A DNA stretch of 64,000 bases from a virus. Its lineage: Duplodnaviria; Caudoviricetes. Under the pieces are notes generated by a model. The model did not search any database. It saw nothing but the letters and a program-made list of their open reading frames with translations, and had not been told where the DNA came from. The stretch covers positions 3,368-67,367 of the IMG/VR virus record IMGVR_UViG_3300048917_000233, one strand, 5' to 3'. A program made the translations under genes and the position numbers. Shown in pieces: positions 26,538 through 37,405 of this stretch. The first letter of the stretch is position 1; each line of letters begins with the position of its first letter.

Positions 26538-27208
26538 TATTGACCCTGCATTTTTATTTGTTGACTATATTGCTCTACATCTCTCAATTGTAAATTGACT
26601 CCAACTTGCGCCAATGCCCTTACAAGGACTTCCATTTGATCCAGCTCCGACCATTCTGGCTGAACGCTTCCAACTGGATTATAAATAGGTCTATTATATG
26701 CATCCAATGTATAATTCCAAACCATTGTTGCTGGCTTTTTTATATACGAAAGCGTGGCTGATCCTAAATCAGTTGGATAAAATTGAAAACCATCTTTATA
26801 TATAAGGTATATCGGATTTGTTGCTATTGGATCAATATAACTATTCAGATGACTAAATAGCCGATCCTGCTGTATGTATTTAACTCGTTGCTTATATATC
26901 CCATAAACCATAGCATCTGAATTAAGATAATCAGTCGGATAAGCCCCATACCCATTGCCATTAATAGTTATATTAATAGGTGCTGGTATAAAAGGACTAA
27001 GCCGCTGACGAATATCTTGGTTTTGCCCAAATTCGACAGCGGCCAAAGGTCTTCCAGCGACATATTTCTGGAACTCGCCTAGAAGATAATCCATGTATGA
27101 TATAGATGCCGTATTTATTACCAGGTTGAAATCTTGCGGTCTTAAATTACCATTCTGATTTTTTCTGATAATGTATTTCATTAGGTCATACATCTGGTTT
27201 ATATCCAA
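26537..27208 (-). CDS. head-tail adaptor/ring protein
   Basis: IRKNQNGNLRPQDFNLVIN, YPTDY and YIKKP motifs; TTG start preceded by AAGGAGGT. Confidence 0.7.
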   Translation of the reverse strand: MDINQMYDLMKYIIRKNQNGNLRPQDFNLVINTASISYMDYLLGEFQKYVAGRPLAAVEFGQNQDIRQRLSPFIPAPINITINGNGYGAYPTDYLNSDAMVYGIYKQRVKYIQQDRLFSHLNSYIDPIATNPIYLIYKDGFQFYPTDLGSATLSYIKKPATMVWNYTLDAYNRPIYNPVGSVQPEWSELDQMEVLVRALAQVGVNLQLRDVEQYSQQIKMQGQ

Positions 27209-27221
27209 TGACTACCTCCTT

Positions 27222-28133
27222 TTATGTTGCTAATCTATCAAGTTCTTGTTTAAATTCTTTACCCTCTTTTGTGTTCGTCAAAGATAATTGCGTCAAATAA
27301 GTAATTGGATTTTCTCCTTTTGGCATATTACATGCTACGGCACCATTACTTCCCCAGTACACCCGACCATCATTTCTTGAAATATCCAATTTGCCCTCAA
27401 TAATCAGTTCCCTGATCTTATAATGAACATCTACTTCTTTTGAATCGAAACTCTTTTCAAACTCCGCTGCATTTCGTTTTGCCATCAGGAGATATTCCAT
27501 TCTCAATGAATCTTCCGATTTTGGAGCGCCTGTTATATCGTGCGTTAATTTACCTCCCAAATAAAATAGGTGCTTCTTCATTTTTTCTACCGGCTGCGTT
27601 TGCGCCTTCATCAACATTTCAATTTCCTTCATCTCTGCTGCCAGCCTTTCTTTATCAGCTGCTTCTGGATCATATAAAAAGAACTCCGTTTTGCTTACCT
27701 TAGTTCGGTTTGGGTTTAAACGGTTGTGACAACACAATTCCATAAACTCCAGCTTTGCTTTATCATAAGCCTGAACGTACATGTATCTTGATCCTTTTGG
27801 CCATTCCAGAAACTCCATCAATTTTGCGGCTTTGTTTTCTGGAATATCCTTTTGATCCTTCGCCCAAATGGATGGGACTCCTTTCAACAGTCGGATCATC
27901 TGTGGCCCCTTCTCTGGCTCTTTAGGATTTATCGCATAATCAATCGGCTGAATATAAACACCGCCAACATTTTTTTTCACTAACTTAAATATCACCAACT
28001 TATTTAAGTTTTCATCAGTTCCTTTTATTGATCCCTGAACCTTGGCTTCGGGTACATAATCTGCATCAATTGGTTTTGATTTTTCTTCTGGCTCTCCATT
28101 CATGGAGAACTGAACATGTTTAAGAGTTGCCAT
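27222..28133 (-). CDS. virion-associated protein downstream of major capsid gene
   Basis: 303 aa, helical C-half; position. Confidence 0.6.
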   Translation of the reverse strand: MATLKHVQFSMNGEPEEKSKPIDADYVPEAKVQGSIKGTDENLNKLVIFKLVKKNVGGVYIQPIDYAINPKEPEKGPQMIRLLKGVPSIWAKDQKDIPENKAAKLMEFLEWPKGSRYMYVQAYDKAKLEFMELCCHNRLNPNRTKVSKTEFFLYDPEAADKERLAAEMKEIEMLMKAQTQPVEKMKKHLFYLGGKLTHDITGAPKSEDSLRMEYLLMAKRNAAEFEKSFDSKEVDVHYKIRELIIEGKLDISRNDGRVYWGSNGAVACNMPKGENPITYLTQLSLTNTKEGKEFKQELDRLAT

Positions 28134-28195
28134 TTTTTTATTTTAATGTGGCGCATATTTAAGGGAGAACACCCACGCCAAAACATTATTAAATA

Positions 28196-28217
28196 GAGCC
28201 TCCAATTAAGGAGGCTC
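28196..28217 (-). terminator. terminator-like hairpin after major capsid gene
   Basis: Perfect 8-bp stem GAGCCTCC/GGAGGCTC with A/T runs on both sides. Confidence 0.75.
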
Positions 28218-28228
28218 TTTATTTCTAA

Positions 28229-29668
28229 TTACGCACTTACTATGTTGATAAACTGATTGGCGGCTACGCACCTCGTACCTCTATAGGTTGCCATTTCAAT
28301 ATTATCCCGCAGTGTACCATCCGTAGGATTGGTAGAACCACCACCCCAGTTCCATACACGAATACCATTACCTATCGAACCGCCTTTAGGAGGCTGCTGA
28401 GTCATCACAGTAATGTTTTTGTAAACGCGAGATGGAGTTTTTGCATCCGGGGTTTCACCCATTGGACACAGAAAACCAAAGTTGCGGTAGTAATCAGTGG
28501 CGGGCGTTAAGCCGGTATACGCTTCAGTATTGAAGTTGCGGTATTTCCCAATCTGGAAACGATAGCCATCAATATCAATCACCTTGAAGCCGTATGCCAC
28601 ACTTGCATCTTCTGATTTTTCTCCTTGGCCCCAAACAAATGCCCCAGCAGGGAATGTTTGGAAAATGCCATCTGAGAAGTCCTGGCGTTGGAAAATATCA
28701 GCCATCCACATATTTTGCTTAACACATCCATTCACATCCATAACACGGGTAAGCGTATGCAGGAACGGGATATCCAAATTACCTGGAGTATAGGTGACAG
28801 TTTCACCATCGGCCAAAATCTTTGGCAGGATGCCCTGTGTGCCAACAGAGGTGTCAGTGCCTAACCCTGTATTATCCACAGCATCACCAAACATCAATTT
28901 TCTTTCTACGTTATTCACGAAACGCTGAGATGCTTTTACCAACCCGAGATATGTGAAATAAGATGTACCAGCCTGAGCTGCACCGCCAATTGGAGATCCA
29001 CTCACGCCACTATCAATAAACACATCAGTCATTTCACCCAAATCTGTAGCAGACCACGTATCATGTACTTCAGTGATATCATTGTCATATTTCTGAGTCA
29101 GATATACCTGAGGGATGTTTGTTCCAGATGCTTCGCCAACATCCACGCGGCCGCCAAATATGATTACATCTGTAGCAAGCAATGTAGATGCTTGGCCAGC
29201 AGATGCTAATGATTGAGTAGACTGCTTCGGACGCAAGTTAAATGTGAAAGCATTTGCGGTTTCAACAATTGGCCCAAGTATTTCACCACCAACGCCAGTT
29301 GAAGCAATGTAAATTGTTTCTCCTACACGTAAAGGTGATTGAGTCCCTGAATTGAAGTGAAACGCAGAAGCAAGAGTACATGCTACGGTAGCTCCGGCTG
29401 TAGCTCCAGTAGCATTAGATGCCAACTGAATACCGATTTGAAGTTTACCCCGGCTCTCGAACCAGAAGAAGTTACGGTTCATAACTTGCTCCATGCCGCC
29501 ATAAGTAGCTAACCACCATGTCCAGTTTTCTGCTCCGTATTTTTCAACGAATTGCTTATAATACTGAGGTGTCAATAGCTGAAGATTGGACACTAACGTC
29601 CGATTCGCACCGCCCGATACTGATATATTACCAGGCTGCAATATATTACTGGTAGGAATGCCTGCCAT
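28229..29668 (-). CDS. major capsid protein
   Basis: 479 aa after scaffold; FFWFESRG, VERKLMFG, TQGILPKI motifs; followed by terminator. Confidence 0.85.
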   Translation of the reverse strand: MAGIPTSNILQPGNISVSGGANRTLVSNLQLLTPQYYKQFVEKYGAENWTWWLATYGGMEQVMNRNFFWFESRGKLQIGIQLASNATGATAGATVACTLASAFHFNSGTQSPLRVGETIYIASTGVGGEILGPIVETANAFTFNLRPKQSTQSLASAGQASTLLATDVIIFGGRVDVGEASGTNIPQVYLTQKYDNDITEVHDTWSATDLGEMTDVFIDSGVSGSPIGGAAQAGTSYFTYLGLVKASQRFVNNVERKLMFGDAVDNTGLGTDTSVGTQGILPKILADGETVTYTPGNLDIPFLHTLTRVMDVNGCVKQNMWMADIFQRQDFSDGIFQTFPAGAFVWGQGEKSEDASVAYGFKVIDIDGYRFQIGKYRNFNTEAYTGLTPATDYYRNFGFLCPMGETPDAKTPSRVYKNITVMTQQPPKGGSIGNGIRVWNWGGGSTNPTDGTLRDNIEMATYRGTRCVAANQFINIVSA

Positions 29669-29694
29669 TGTTTTTAAATTTAATTAATGAAAGA

Positions 29695-30906
29695 TTATAG
29701 ACTCCAAATACTTGCTGCCAGAGCTTGTGATTCATTTACAGGAGTTGGTTGTACTGGATTAACCGGCCCCAAGGATGGATTAACCCCTTTTAAGTTAATG
29801 TTATTCTGATTTTTAATCATGTACGCATACATCTGCGCTGCTGCTTCGTTGGCGGTTTTCTGAAGGATCTTATCCCTATTTTTAAGCAAATACAAATCTT
29901 CTTGCATCAGCGTTACGTGAGGGTTACCTTTTTCATCCCACCATCTCTTGTCAAAAAAACCATTAACATTAAAATCCTCTAACTCCTTTTTTGTGGCAAC
30001 TTGTTCCTCTGGACTCACGTTGTAACTTATTGGCAACTGAACTTCTCCGCTCTTTGCCGTTACATTAAATCCTTTGAAATTTTGATAACCACTTTCTAAT
30101 GCACCCAAATAAGCCGCTCTTGCAGTCTCGAAGGCCGCCAGATCTTCCTGGGTTGGTCCCGCTTGTTGCACTTGTGGCTTTTGAATATCTGGCAGAACTA
30201 TTTCGCTTTTGAATTTTGACAATTCAGGTTTAGCCAGCTTTGCGTCAATAATCATATCCTGTTGCTTTTCCTGAACCTGTCGCTGCCACCGATCCATGTC
30301 TACTGCATGTTCTTCATCAGTTTGAATATCTGTCTGTTCTGGCTTGGGTGGCATTGAGTATTGCCGGGCAAAAAGCCGGTCAATCTCCTGTGTAGAAAGG
30401 TCTTTATATTTGAATTGAAGGTTTGTTCGAATAATTTCAGCCGCTTGATTTGCATCAGCCACATCATATTTTTCCAGCCTTTCAAGTTGTTTCTTTCGGT
30501 TAAGGTAATCGTATACATCATCTTCTTTGCCTTCCTTTAAGGCATCAAAAAACCGCTTGCTTTCATCATTAGCCCATTGAATTTCCTGCTGGACTTGTAT
30601 CTGCTCTTTGGGCTTATTATATTCCTCCCATTTTGTTCTAAATTCATTTACCTCTAAACCGAACTCTCTCTTGAAATAATCATTCACATCTACGACCTCT
30701 TCCGCATCTTGGCTTTGCGTTGCGGCTGCCTGTACGTCATTTTCAGCTTGGGCCGCTGCGGCTGCCGGAGGCACTTGCTCTACATTTTGATAAGCAGTCG
30801 GGTTAAGGCTCCATAAATTGTCAGCCACAATTTGGCTAACCTCAGGCGCAGCCTGCACTACTTGTTCTTCAGGTTGCGTCACTACTGTTTCTGTTGCTTG
30901 TTCCAT
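29695..30906 (-). CDS. capsid scaffolding protein
   Basis: Acidic, Gln/Glu/Ala-rich helical protein directly before the capsid gene. Confidence 0.75.
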   Translation of the reverse strand: MEQATETVVTQPEEQVVQAAPEVSQIVADNLWSLNPTAYQNVEQVPPAAAAAQAENDVQAAATQSQDAEEVVDVNDYFKREFGLEVNEFRTKWEEYNKPKEQIQVQQEIQWANDESKRFFDALKEGKEDDVYDYLNRKKQLERLEKYDVADANQAAEIIRTNLQFKYKDLSTQEIDRLFARQYSMPPKPEQTDIQTDEEHAVDMDRWQRQVQEKQQDMIIDAKLAKPELSKFKSEIVLPDIQKPQVQQAGPTQEDLAAFETARAAYLGALESGYQNFKGFNVTAKSGEVQLPISYNVSPEEQVATKKELEDFNVNGFFDKRWWDEKGNPHVTLMQEDLYLLKNRDKILQKTANEAAAQMYAYMIKNQNNINLKGVNPSLGPVNPVQPTPVNESQALAASIWSL

Positions 30907-30927
30907 AAATTCAATGGGTTAGTTAAA

Positions 30928-30950
30928 GCTACAACGTTGTAGCAAAAATA
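30928..30950 (-). promoter_or_regulatory. -7 promoter element with perfect 16-bp palindrome
   Basis: TATTTTTG (30950-30943) followed by GCTACAACGTTGTAGC (30928-30943). Confidence 0.65.
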
Positions 30951-30961
30951 TAAAAAATATA

Positions 30962-31312
30962 TTAATACGGTCTGTTTACGAAAACTAAAACTTTAGTGGC
31001 CGCAGCTGAAGTCCCGCCAAATTGAATATATTGACAAGGGACCGTTACTTTATATAATCCAGCCGTAGTGACGGCGGTAACCGCAGTACCGGTAGCTAGA
31101 TTTGTGGCTTGAATTGCAGTATAATTAATACTAGCGAGTGCATTTGGGTTAGTGGAACCGGTTATTTCGTTGCCATCATTACTACCCGTAATATTAATTG
31201 TACCATTTGGTGTAACAAACTGGAAAGTCGCCGTTTCCCACTCTGACAAACAAAGTTTCACTCCATTATTAGCATTAAAATCTGCCGTAACATCTAATAT
31301 TCTTGAAATCAT
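30962..31312 (-). CDS. small beta-rich virion protein (decoration-like)
   Basis: Thr/Ala/Gly-rich, between portal and scaffold. Confidence 0.6.
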   Translation of the reverse strand: MISRILDVTADFNANNGVKLCLSEWETATFQFVTPNGTINITGSNDGNEITGSTNPNALASINYTAIQATNLATGTAVTAVTTAGLYKVTVPCQYIQFGGTSAAATKVLVFVNRPY

Positions 31313-31316
31313 ATAA

Positions 31317-31595
31317 TTAATATGTAATCGTTATAAGATCATTTACTTTCAAAACTCCGCTAGTATCAGAGTCGAATCTATTCTGTGGCAATGTCGGTAC
31401 AACCAGGAAGCTATGGCCAAATGAATCTATAGAATCAATCAACCCGGTTTTTGACGAGCTAGATATACTACAAGAATCCCCAACGGCAAGTACAGGCAAA
31501 ACACTAAGAGATTCAGCGCCACTTAACACTACCCTTACACCAGTCCCCTTGTAAGCTGGTTGCGCTACCGTTACGGTACAATTGATCGTTGCCAT
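31317..31595 (-). CDS. small beta-rich virion protein
   Basis: 92 aa, Ser/Val-rich, downstream of portal. Confidence 0.6.
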   Translation of the reverse strand: MATINCTVTVAQPAYKGTGVRVVLSGAESLSVLPVLAVGDSCSISSSSKTGLIDSIDSFGHSFLVVPTLPQNRFDSDTSGVLKVNDLITITY

Positions 31596-31629
31596 ATTTA
31601 ATATTTTATTGTGGTTGCATCATTTGTTG

Positions 31630-34038
31630 TTATTCCTCTTGTTGCTCCGACTGCTCTTGTCCTTCTTCTGCGTTTTGTTGCTGCTGTTGTTCGGCCATCG
31701 CCTGTTGCATTACACCCTGAACCATTTGCTTGTTTTGTTGAGCCAACGGTATCGTTATAGATGGGACAATCTGATTGATTATTTGCACCATGTCAGGAGG
31801 CATTTGCACACCAGCTTTCAATAGTTCAAAATATCCAGATAAAACAATTTCTTCTTTTTTAGCTTTAGATTGTTCTGTTATCTCCAGCGCCTTCATTTGA
31901 TTTTGGGCTTGCAACAACTGCATGTCTCCTTGCGCCTTTTGCTGTGCTGCCTGTGCCTGTACCTGGGCATTTTGTTCGCTTTGTTGCTGCGCCTTTTCGG
32001 ATTCGGCCCGGATCATTCGCTTCATTGAATTTCTAAAATACAAAGAAGCTAATTTGCTATTTTCTTTGGCTATTCGTTTCAGTTTAGCTGGATCTAAATA
32101 ATTAATAAGTGCAGGATTAGCCGCTAATGCCTGATTTACAGAGTTGGTCATTTCGGCTATCTCGAATTGATCCGGCAGCAACTCAAACTTAGTCGAGAAC
32201 TGCCTATCTGCCACATCTTCTTCTTTCAATAAGTGCCTGTAAACTTTTGCACCAAAACGTACTGAGTTATTCAATAAGCAGGCTACCTTCTTGGCGGTAT
32301 CTTCCATTATATACTTATAGGCATCATACATATAATCCGTAGCGAAAGCTGCTGTCTGCTGGGATGCCTGTACATTTTCCGAAGTAACACGCGGCTGCAC
32401 GGCCTGAGTGATTAAATTAGGATCTTCCCCCAATTGATCTTTTAACACTCGATACTGAAAGTCATATTGCTGGATAAGTCCCTGCATGGCTCCAATAAAT
32501 CCGGCATTTTGCAATTCCTGAATGGGAATCGGTAAAGGGTTCCCCTCTGCATCCCGACCACGATAATAGAGCCTACCGGTCTGTTCATAAACCTTTTGAA
32601 CATTAATAGGGCTGGAACCATCTGCCGCCAATCCCAAATCAACCTCATTGATAGCATCTATATTGATAGCGGCCCCAGGCGGGATCATAGTAGCTATGAC
32701 TTGTTGCATCTTTAAAATGATAACAATCATGGCTTCAATTGGCTGCTCTATTTTCTCAGGCAATGCGATATTGCGCATATCCTGATTTTGGTACATGTAA
32801 AGACTGATTGGAAATTCTACATCCCCGGATTCCTTGGGGTCTTGTGGCCGGATCATGTTATTATCCAAGCCCCATTCCAACATCTTTTGCGCATACCTTA
32901 CATATACGCCCTTATATAAATTCCACTTGTCTTTTTTTACGAACTCTTGGTTTTCATCCAGGCTATTTGGCTGTTGTTGCCTACGTTCTATGATAGTGCT
33001 TTTATTCTGTTTTGTGACAGTCATTAAGTACCCATCCTCATCAACCGACTTAATCCAGAAATAAATACATTCTACATTCCATTCGTCGTAAGGCCGGATA
33101 TAAGCCAATAACCAGTCATAATTCCATGTAAGTTTATCGAAGCGTTGATATTCCTGAGATGTTTGCGCGATTAAAAACAAATCCTCTTCTGACAATGTAC
33201 CACCAAACTCCTTCCCATATTTACGCCTGATTTCAGAAATTTTAAGAGACTTCACAAAGCCACGCATAGCCGTATCCCTCATGTCATCAAACTCAGAATA
33301 AGAGTATAAGCTATTCAACGGTTTAACCCATTCCACATGCACTACCCCATATTCATCCATCCACACATACGTAGAAACTAAACCGCATTCTATTGAATCG
33401 TGAAGTATCTTTTTCTTTAAAGTATCAAAAAAACCCTGTGATTGCAGGATATCATTAGTCCCTATTTCGTATTTAATTTCCTCCGGCAACCGCTGCCCGC
33501 TGATAGCCCATTCTTCTAAATCGTCCTTATCCTCTGCTACAAACTGGTCAGGGGGCACCAATGGAACTCCTGACTCTTGCTGAAGCTGCTCTAATTGCTT
33601 TCTGTTGTAAAGAACAAATTCAGCCTGTTCGTATTGTTCTTGTTTATCTTTAACAGATATTGGATCGGTAGCTGTAACTTGTATTTTCTCTATTCGCTGC
33701 ATCCATCTGCCTACTAAACCGGTAATAATCCGGTTAACTAAGAGTGGGGCACTATACTTTAAATTTGCATAATTGACCTTTCCATTAAAATTCAAAAGAT
33801 CAGCGAATTTTGCATATACATTAATCTTCCCAGCCGACCATAATATATTTGTTTTGAAACGATCATTCCGAAGAAATGAATACCCATTAGCAACCCCAGC
33901 AGAATATTTTTGCTCAATATCTAGTGCTAATTGCTTCCCGTATTTAGGGTCAAGTTTATCCTTGATATTCTTTGTGAGAAGAAAATCTTTATACGACTGC
34001 CCGGATATACCTATGCTTTGTAATTGATTATCAGACAT
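31630..34038 (-). CDS. portal protein
   Basis: 802 aa directly after TerL; Gln-rich coiled-coil crown and acidic tail. Confidence 0.85.
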   Translation of the reverse strand: MSDNQLQSIGISGQSYKDFLLTKNIKDKLDPKYGKQLALDIEQKYSAGVANGYSFLRNDRFKTNILWSAGKINVYAKFADLLNFNGKVNYANLKYSAPLLVNRIITGLVGRWMQRIEKIQVTATDPISVKDKQEQYEQAEFVLYNRKQLEQLQQESGVPLVPPDQFVAEDKDDLEEWAISGQRLPEEIKYEIGTNDILQSQGFFDTLKKKILHDSIECGLVSTYVWMDEYGVVHVEWVKPLNSLYSYSEFDDMRDTAMRGFVKSLKISEIRRKYGKEFGGTLSEEDLFLIAQTSQEYQRFDKLTWNYDWLLAYIRPYDEWNVECIYFWIKSVDEDGYLMTVTKQNKSTIIERRQQQPNSLDENQEFVKKDKWNLYKGVYVRYAQKMLEWGLDNNMIRPQDPKESGDVEFPISLYMYQNQDMRNIALPEKIEQPIEAMIVIILKMQQVIATMIPPGAAINIDAINEVDLGLAADGSSPINVQKVYEQTGRLYYRGRDAEGNPLPIPIQELQNAGFIGAMQGLIQQYDFQYRVLKDQLGEDPNLITQAVQPRVTSENVQASQQTAAFATDYMYDAYKYIMEDTAKKVACLLNNSVRFGAKVYRHLLKEEDVADRQFSTKFELLPDQFEIAEMTNSVNQALAANPALINYLDPAKLKRIAKENSKLASLYFRNSMKRMIRAESEKAQQQSEQNAQVQAQAAQQKAQGDMQLLQAQNQMKALEITEQSKAKKEEIVLSGYFELLKAGVQMPPDMVQIINQIVPSITIPLAQQNKQMVQGVMQQAMAEQQQQQNAEEGQEQSEQQEE

Positions 34039-34055
34039 TAATCAAGAAAGTTAAC

Positions 34056-34095
34056 CAAATATAACAATTTTCAAACAAAGCTACAACGATTGAGC
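34056..34095 (-). promoter_or_regulatory. portal promoter with operator copy
   Basis: TATATTTG (-7) at 34063-34056, TTTG upstream, GCTACAACGATTGAGC at 34080-34095. Confidence 0.65.
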
Positions 34096-36167
34096 TAATT
34101 CACGTTAAAATTTTGGCCCTGGGTATTTAAATAGCTCCGAACCAGCGGCTCAGAAGGCGGCTTTGGCTTACGAATTGGTTCCATCAAGCAAACCAAAAGC
34201 ATTAGAAATGACACCACCGTATCATAAGCGGTACGATCATAGGGATCAAATACTTTGGCGTTTTGTAATAATTCTTCAAAATCTATTAGGTCGCAATAAT
34301 TTTCAAAATAAGCTATGCCACAATCCAATTGTTTAGTCAAGCTAAATGGAGTAGTTGGGAAACCCTTAAACCTGTCCGCATTCTCCCGCTTAGTTGGATC
34401 AATAGTACTTAATGGATAAGTTCCTAAATATCCGACCTTCCCTCTATCCCTGAAATATGACAAATAATCATCACTATTATGTTCATACCATATTTTGAAC
34501 CCGAAATACTCTCCGGCCAACATCACCTGTTCATGAAGCGTCTCCTTAACCGCTGGCCTTCCGTATAAATGACCGATTGCTTTCCCGGTATTATATGGAT
34601 TCAGCATATCGGGCCTTAAACCAATCCAAGCAGATGCTTTTGATCCATACTTTCTACCTCCTTGGCTATTCGAATAGCCGTCCACTGCTATAGCTCCTAT
34701 CTCAACTCTATTTGGATACCGCAATTTATTTTCATACTTAAACTTGTTTTCTTGGCCTTTTTCGGGGAAGGCTGTAATTGTCCAATGGAAATTCTTTTCG
34801 CTCTCCTGAATATCTCTCCACCTTACTACCTGATCTAAGTCTCTATAGAAAATTACTTTACGCTTGTAAATTGGACTTTCTTCAAGCTCTTTAAGCCGTC
34901 TGTTTATATTGAAAGAATTGAATGCGCAATTAGTATTAGCGGCTTCAAACATTTCATCTACCGTACAAGGGTTCATGCGAATTTCCTCTTCCAGCAAATC
35001 CCCAGTTAGCCCTTCCCTTCTTTTTACCATTACATATTGTCGCGCACCCATTTTAATATCCTCCTCAGTAAGCTCAGATACTACTACGCCAGTTATGGGG
35101 TCTTTCTTTACCCACTTATCTACTAAGTATTGGAATTGTTCATGAGTTGGTTCTCCAATAACCGACATTCCATGCCGATCAATAAACCCTTCATATCCAT
35201 CATAAGCAGCGGAGAAATATGTAACAAACCTGTTTGGTGTTGGCTTGTTGGGATATTTAAATTGATTGGCTCCATCCCATGATTTCTTAAATGCTGCGCC
35301 ACCGCCCTTTGTCATCTCATTTACGGTAGATGGTGCCTCACAAAAGCCTACACGCTTTGCGCCCTTAATCATTGTCTTGCTGACTATTGAAATAAATTTA
35401 GCAAAATCAACCTCAGTTGGCCACTTACCACCCTCGTCTGCAAGGATTCTGGTCATCCTACCTCGGTCGTATGCGTTTAATACCGGTGCCCGATAGTTTA
35501 TTTTTGATTTCTGACCCCCATCTGTAGCCTCTCCGTTCTTTAATCTAGCAGCAAATACTAATTCAGTTACACTATCCGACCTATTAAGCTGTCTTGGTTT
35601 TAAGAATATTGGCAACTGATTGTAGCCATTACGAACCATGTCGGTGAATGTATCTCTACTATCCACATTCGTTTTACTTACTAAGCCACAATTACTATTA
35701 GTGAAGAATATACATTCGTAAACTAAATTTGATGTGGCTTGAGATGATGCACCTTCGCGTCTTTTTTTCCCACGAAAAATTCCCAAACACCATAATACAC
35801 TTTCCCAGTGATTTAAAAACAAAAAATACCGACGATCCGTATCGCGGTATTCTGGGTAAATATCATCTTCAAGTTTCCACCAATTGAGATAAAAGTAATT
35901 TTTACCTGTTATGAAAGTTGGAGAGCCGTTATTAAAAAACCAATACCCCTCTCTACACTTTATTACTTCTTCTCTGGCAAATTGCTCTTGTTCGGGTGTT
36001 AATAAAGCATTCCCATCATCATCATATTCTATCCTGTTAAAGAATGATGGCAATTCCCTGCGCCTCCATATTTGCTCCAGATTATCCTTACCCCATCCCG
36101 AAATTAATGTTTCCAATGGGTTATCCGGCGTATACGTCAACGACCCATATACATCTACATATAACAT
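34095..36167 (-). CDS. terL: terminase large subunit
   Basis: Walker A-like KKRREGASS, Walker B ILADEGGKW, nuclease IAVDGY and YDTVVS. Confidence 0.9.
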   Translation of the reverse strand: MLYVDVYGSLTYTPDNPLETLISGWGKDNLEQIWRRRELPSFFNRIEYDDDGNALLTPEQEQFAREEVIKCREGYWFFNNGSPTFITGKNYFYLNWWKLEDDIYPEYRDTDRRYFLFLNHWESVLWCLGIFRGKKRREGASSQATSNLVYECIFFTNSNCGLVSKTNVDSRDTFTDMVRNGYNQLPIFLKPRQLNRSDSVTELVFAARLKNGEATDGGQKSKINYRAPVLNAYDRGRMTRILADEGGKWPTEVDFAKFISIVSKTMIKGAKRVGFCEAPSTVNEMTKGGGAAFKKSWDGANQFKYPNKPTPNRFVTYFSAAYDGYEGFIDRHGMSVIGEPTHEQFQYLVDKWVKKDPITGVVVSELTEEDIKMGARQYVMVKRREGLTGDLLEEEIRMNPCTVDEMFEAANTNCAFNSFNINRRLKELEESPIYKRKVIFYRDLDQVVRWRDIQESEKNFHWTITAFPEKGQENKFKYENKLRYPNRVEIGAIAVDGYSNSQGGRKYGSKASAWIGLRPDMLNPYNTGKAIGHLYGRPAVKETLHEQVMLAGEYFGFKIWYEHNSDDYLSYFRDRGKVGYLGTYPLSTIDPTKRENADRFKGFPTTPFSLTKQLDCGIAYFENYCDLIDFEELLQNAKVFDPYDRTAYDTVVSFLMLLVCLMEPIRKPKPPSEPLVRSYLNTQGQNFNVN

Positions 36168-36499
36168 CAGTCTCTTTTTGTTGCTACGGTTTCTATAAAT
36201 GGTTTACGAGCTACGTCTTTATCTTCATCCCCAGTAATTCCGGCTATTGTTCCAAGTACTTTGGCAGAACTTGCAACTGTCTCACTTTTTTCCAATAGTT
36301 TAAATATGCGATCGAAACTCTTATCCTTTGGATCGTCTAGGTTTATGCTTTTCAATGAATTATCATTGAGCATATCGCCCATCTCATTCATTTTTCGATT
36401 TAGGGCATAATATAACTTAGCCGATCCGTTTTGCTCATAAACAGATAGTCGATCCTCTAGTACTTTTATCTTCTTTTCTAATTCTTTTTCATCAGGCAT
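36167..36499 (-). CDS. terminase small subunit
   Basis: 110-aa helical protein directly upstream of TerL with overlapping stop/start. Confidence 0.65.
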   Translation of the reverse strand: MPDEKELEKKIKVLEDRLSVYEQNGSAKLYYALNRKMNEMGDMLNDNSLKSINLDDPKDKSFDRIFKLLEKSETVASSAKVLGTIAGITGDEDKDVARKPFIETVATKRD

Positions 36500-37184
36500 G
36501 AATATACTCTTTTAAAGGTTTAGCATCTGAAACCGTTAACCCTACATGCAAATCGCCATTTAAAACCCGTTTAGTGTAATCATGGTGTAGGCAAACTATT
36601 TCTAATTCGCGTTGAGTTTTTAAATCTTCTTCTGATCTGAATCTTATAATATTTTTCTCACGTCCATTGCGGTCTTGAAAAATCATTCTGTAGTTACTAG
36701 CCTGTAAAGTCATACAGGCATTGTTAGCGTATTCGCCCGTAGTAACCCATAGGCAGTTTTTTATTGGAGTAGGCTCTATGTTATGCAATATGCCTTTGTA
36801 CGGTTTAAATATTTGCAGAGCGAAATCAAACCCTTTTAAAGGCATCCATTTTGAGTTTACTTCATCATACCATGCAAATGCTTCATCTTCTCTGATGGAG
36901 AAATAACGGATGTCACTTGCTTCTACTTCACCTGATAACGGCTGATAATTAAATACACGATTTGTGTCATGAGTGCAGGTGTGATGTACGATTACCTCAG
37001 AACCTTCTGGTATATTATCAGCAGATACAACAATGGCGTTTACCGGCCTAGTATATTTCTCATCAAAACAATCATATTTACGCTCTAACGCTATCTTAGT
37101 TCCATCTTCAAACGTCCAAGAATTTTTGTAATTCATGTCTATCCGCACCACTAACTTCCCTTCTACATGGGTTAATTTATTCAT
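36492..37184 (-). CDS. GroES-like protein (long form)
   Basis: AIVVS...EGSEVIVHH segment and position before terminase; recognised from memory of this phage gene type. Confidence 0.5.
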   Translation of the reverse strand: MNKLTHVEGKLVVRIDMNYKNSWTFEDGTKIALERKYDCFDEKYTRPVNAIVVSADNIPEGSEVIVHHTCTHDTNRVFNYQPLSGEVEASDIRYFSIREDEAFAWYDEVNSKWMPLKGFDFALQIFKPYKGILHNIEPTPIKNCLWVTTGEYANNACMTLQASNYRMIFQDRNGREKNIIRFRSEEDLKTQRELEIVCLHHDYTKRVLNGDLHVGLTVSDAKPLKEYIHA

Positions 37185-37405
37185 GCTTTCTGTTTAGCTT
37201 TTCTTATAATTGATCTAAATCTTTTCATATTTGATTTTCTATATGTAAAAGATTTATTAGCCATTAATAATAAGTCCTCTTCTGAAATACGGCCCCAAAC
37301 ATCTTTCAACGGATGTATGCTCCAAAAACGCTCCTGATCTTCCATTGTTATTGGGCCTATATCGCATGATACATGGACATACTCGGTATTTGATACGTCA
37401 GTCAT
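37181..37405 (-). CDS. hypothetical protein
   Basis: Coupled ORF. Confidence 0.55.
   Translation of the reverse strand: MTDVSNTEYVHVSCDIGPITMEDQERFWSIHPLKDVWGRISEEDLLLMANKSFTYRKSNMKRFRSIIRKAKQKA

Noticed and set aside
8416-36298. Many short plus-strand ORFs in the track opposite the structural genes
   Set aside because: Antisense shadows of long real genes, without start context or recognisable motifs
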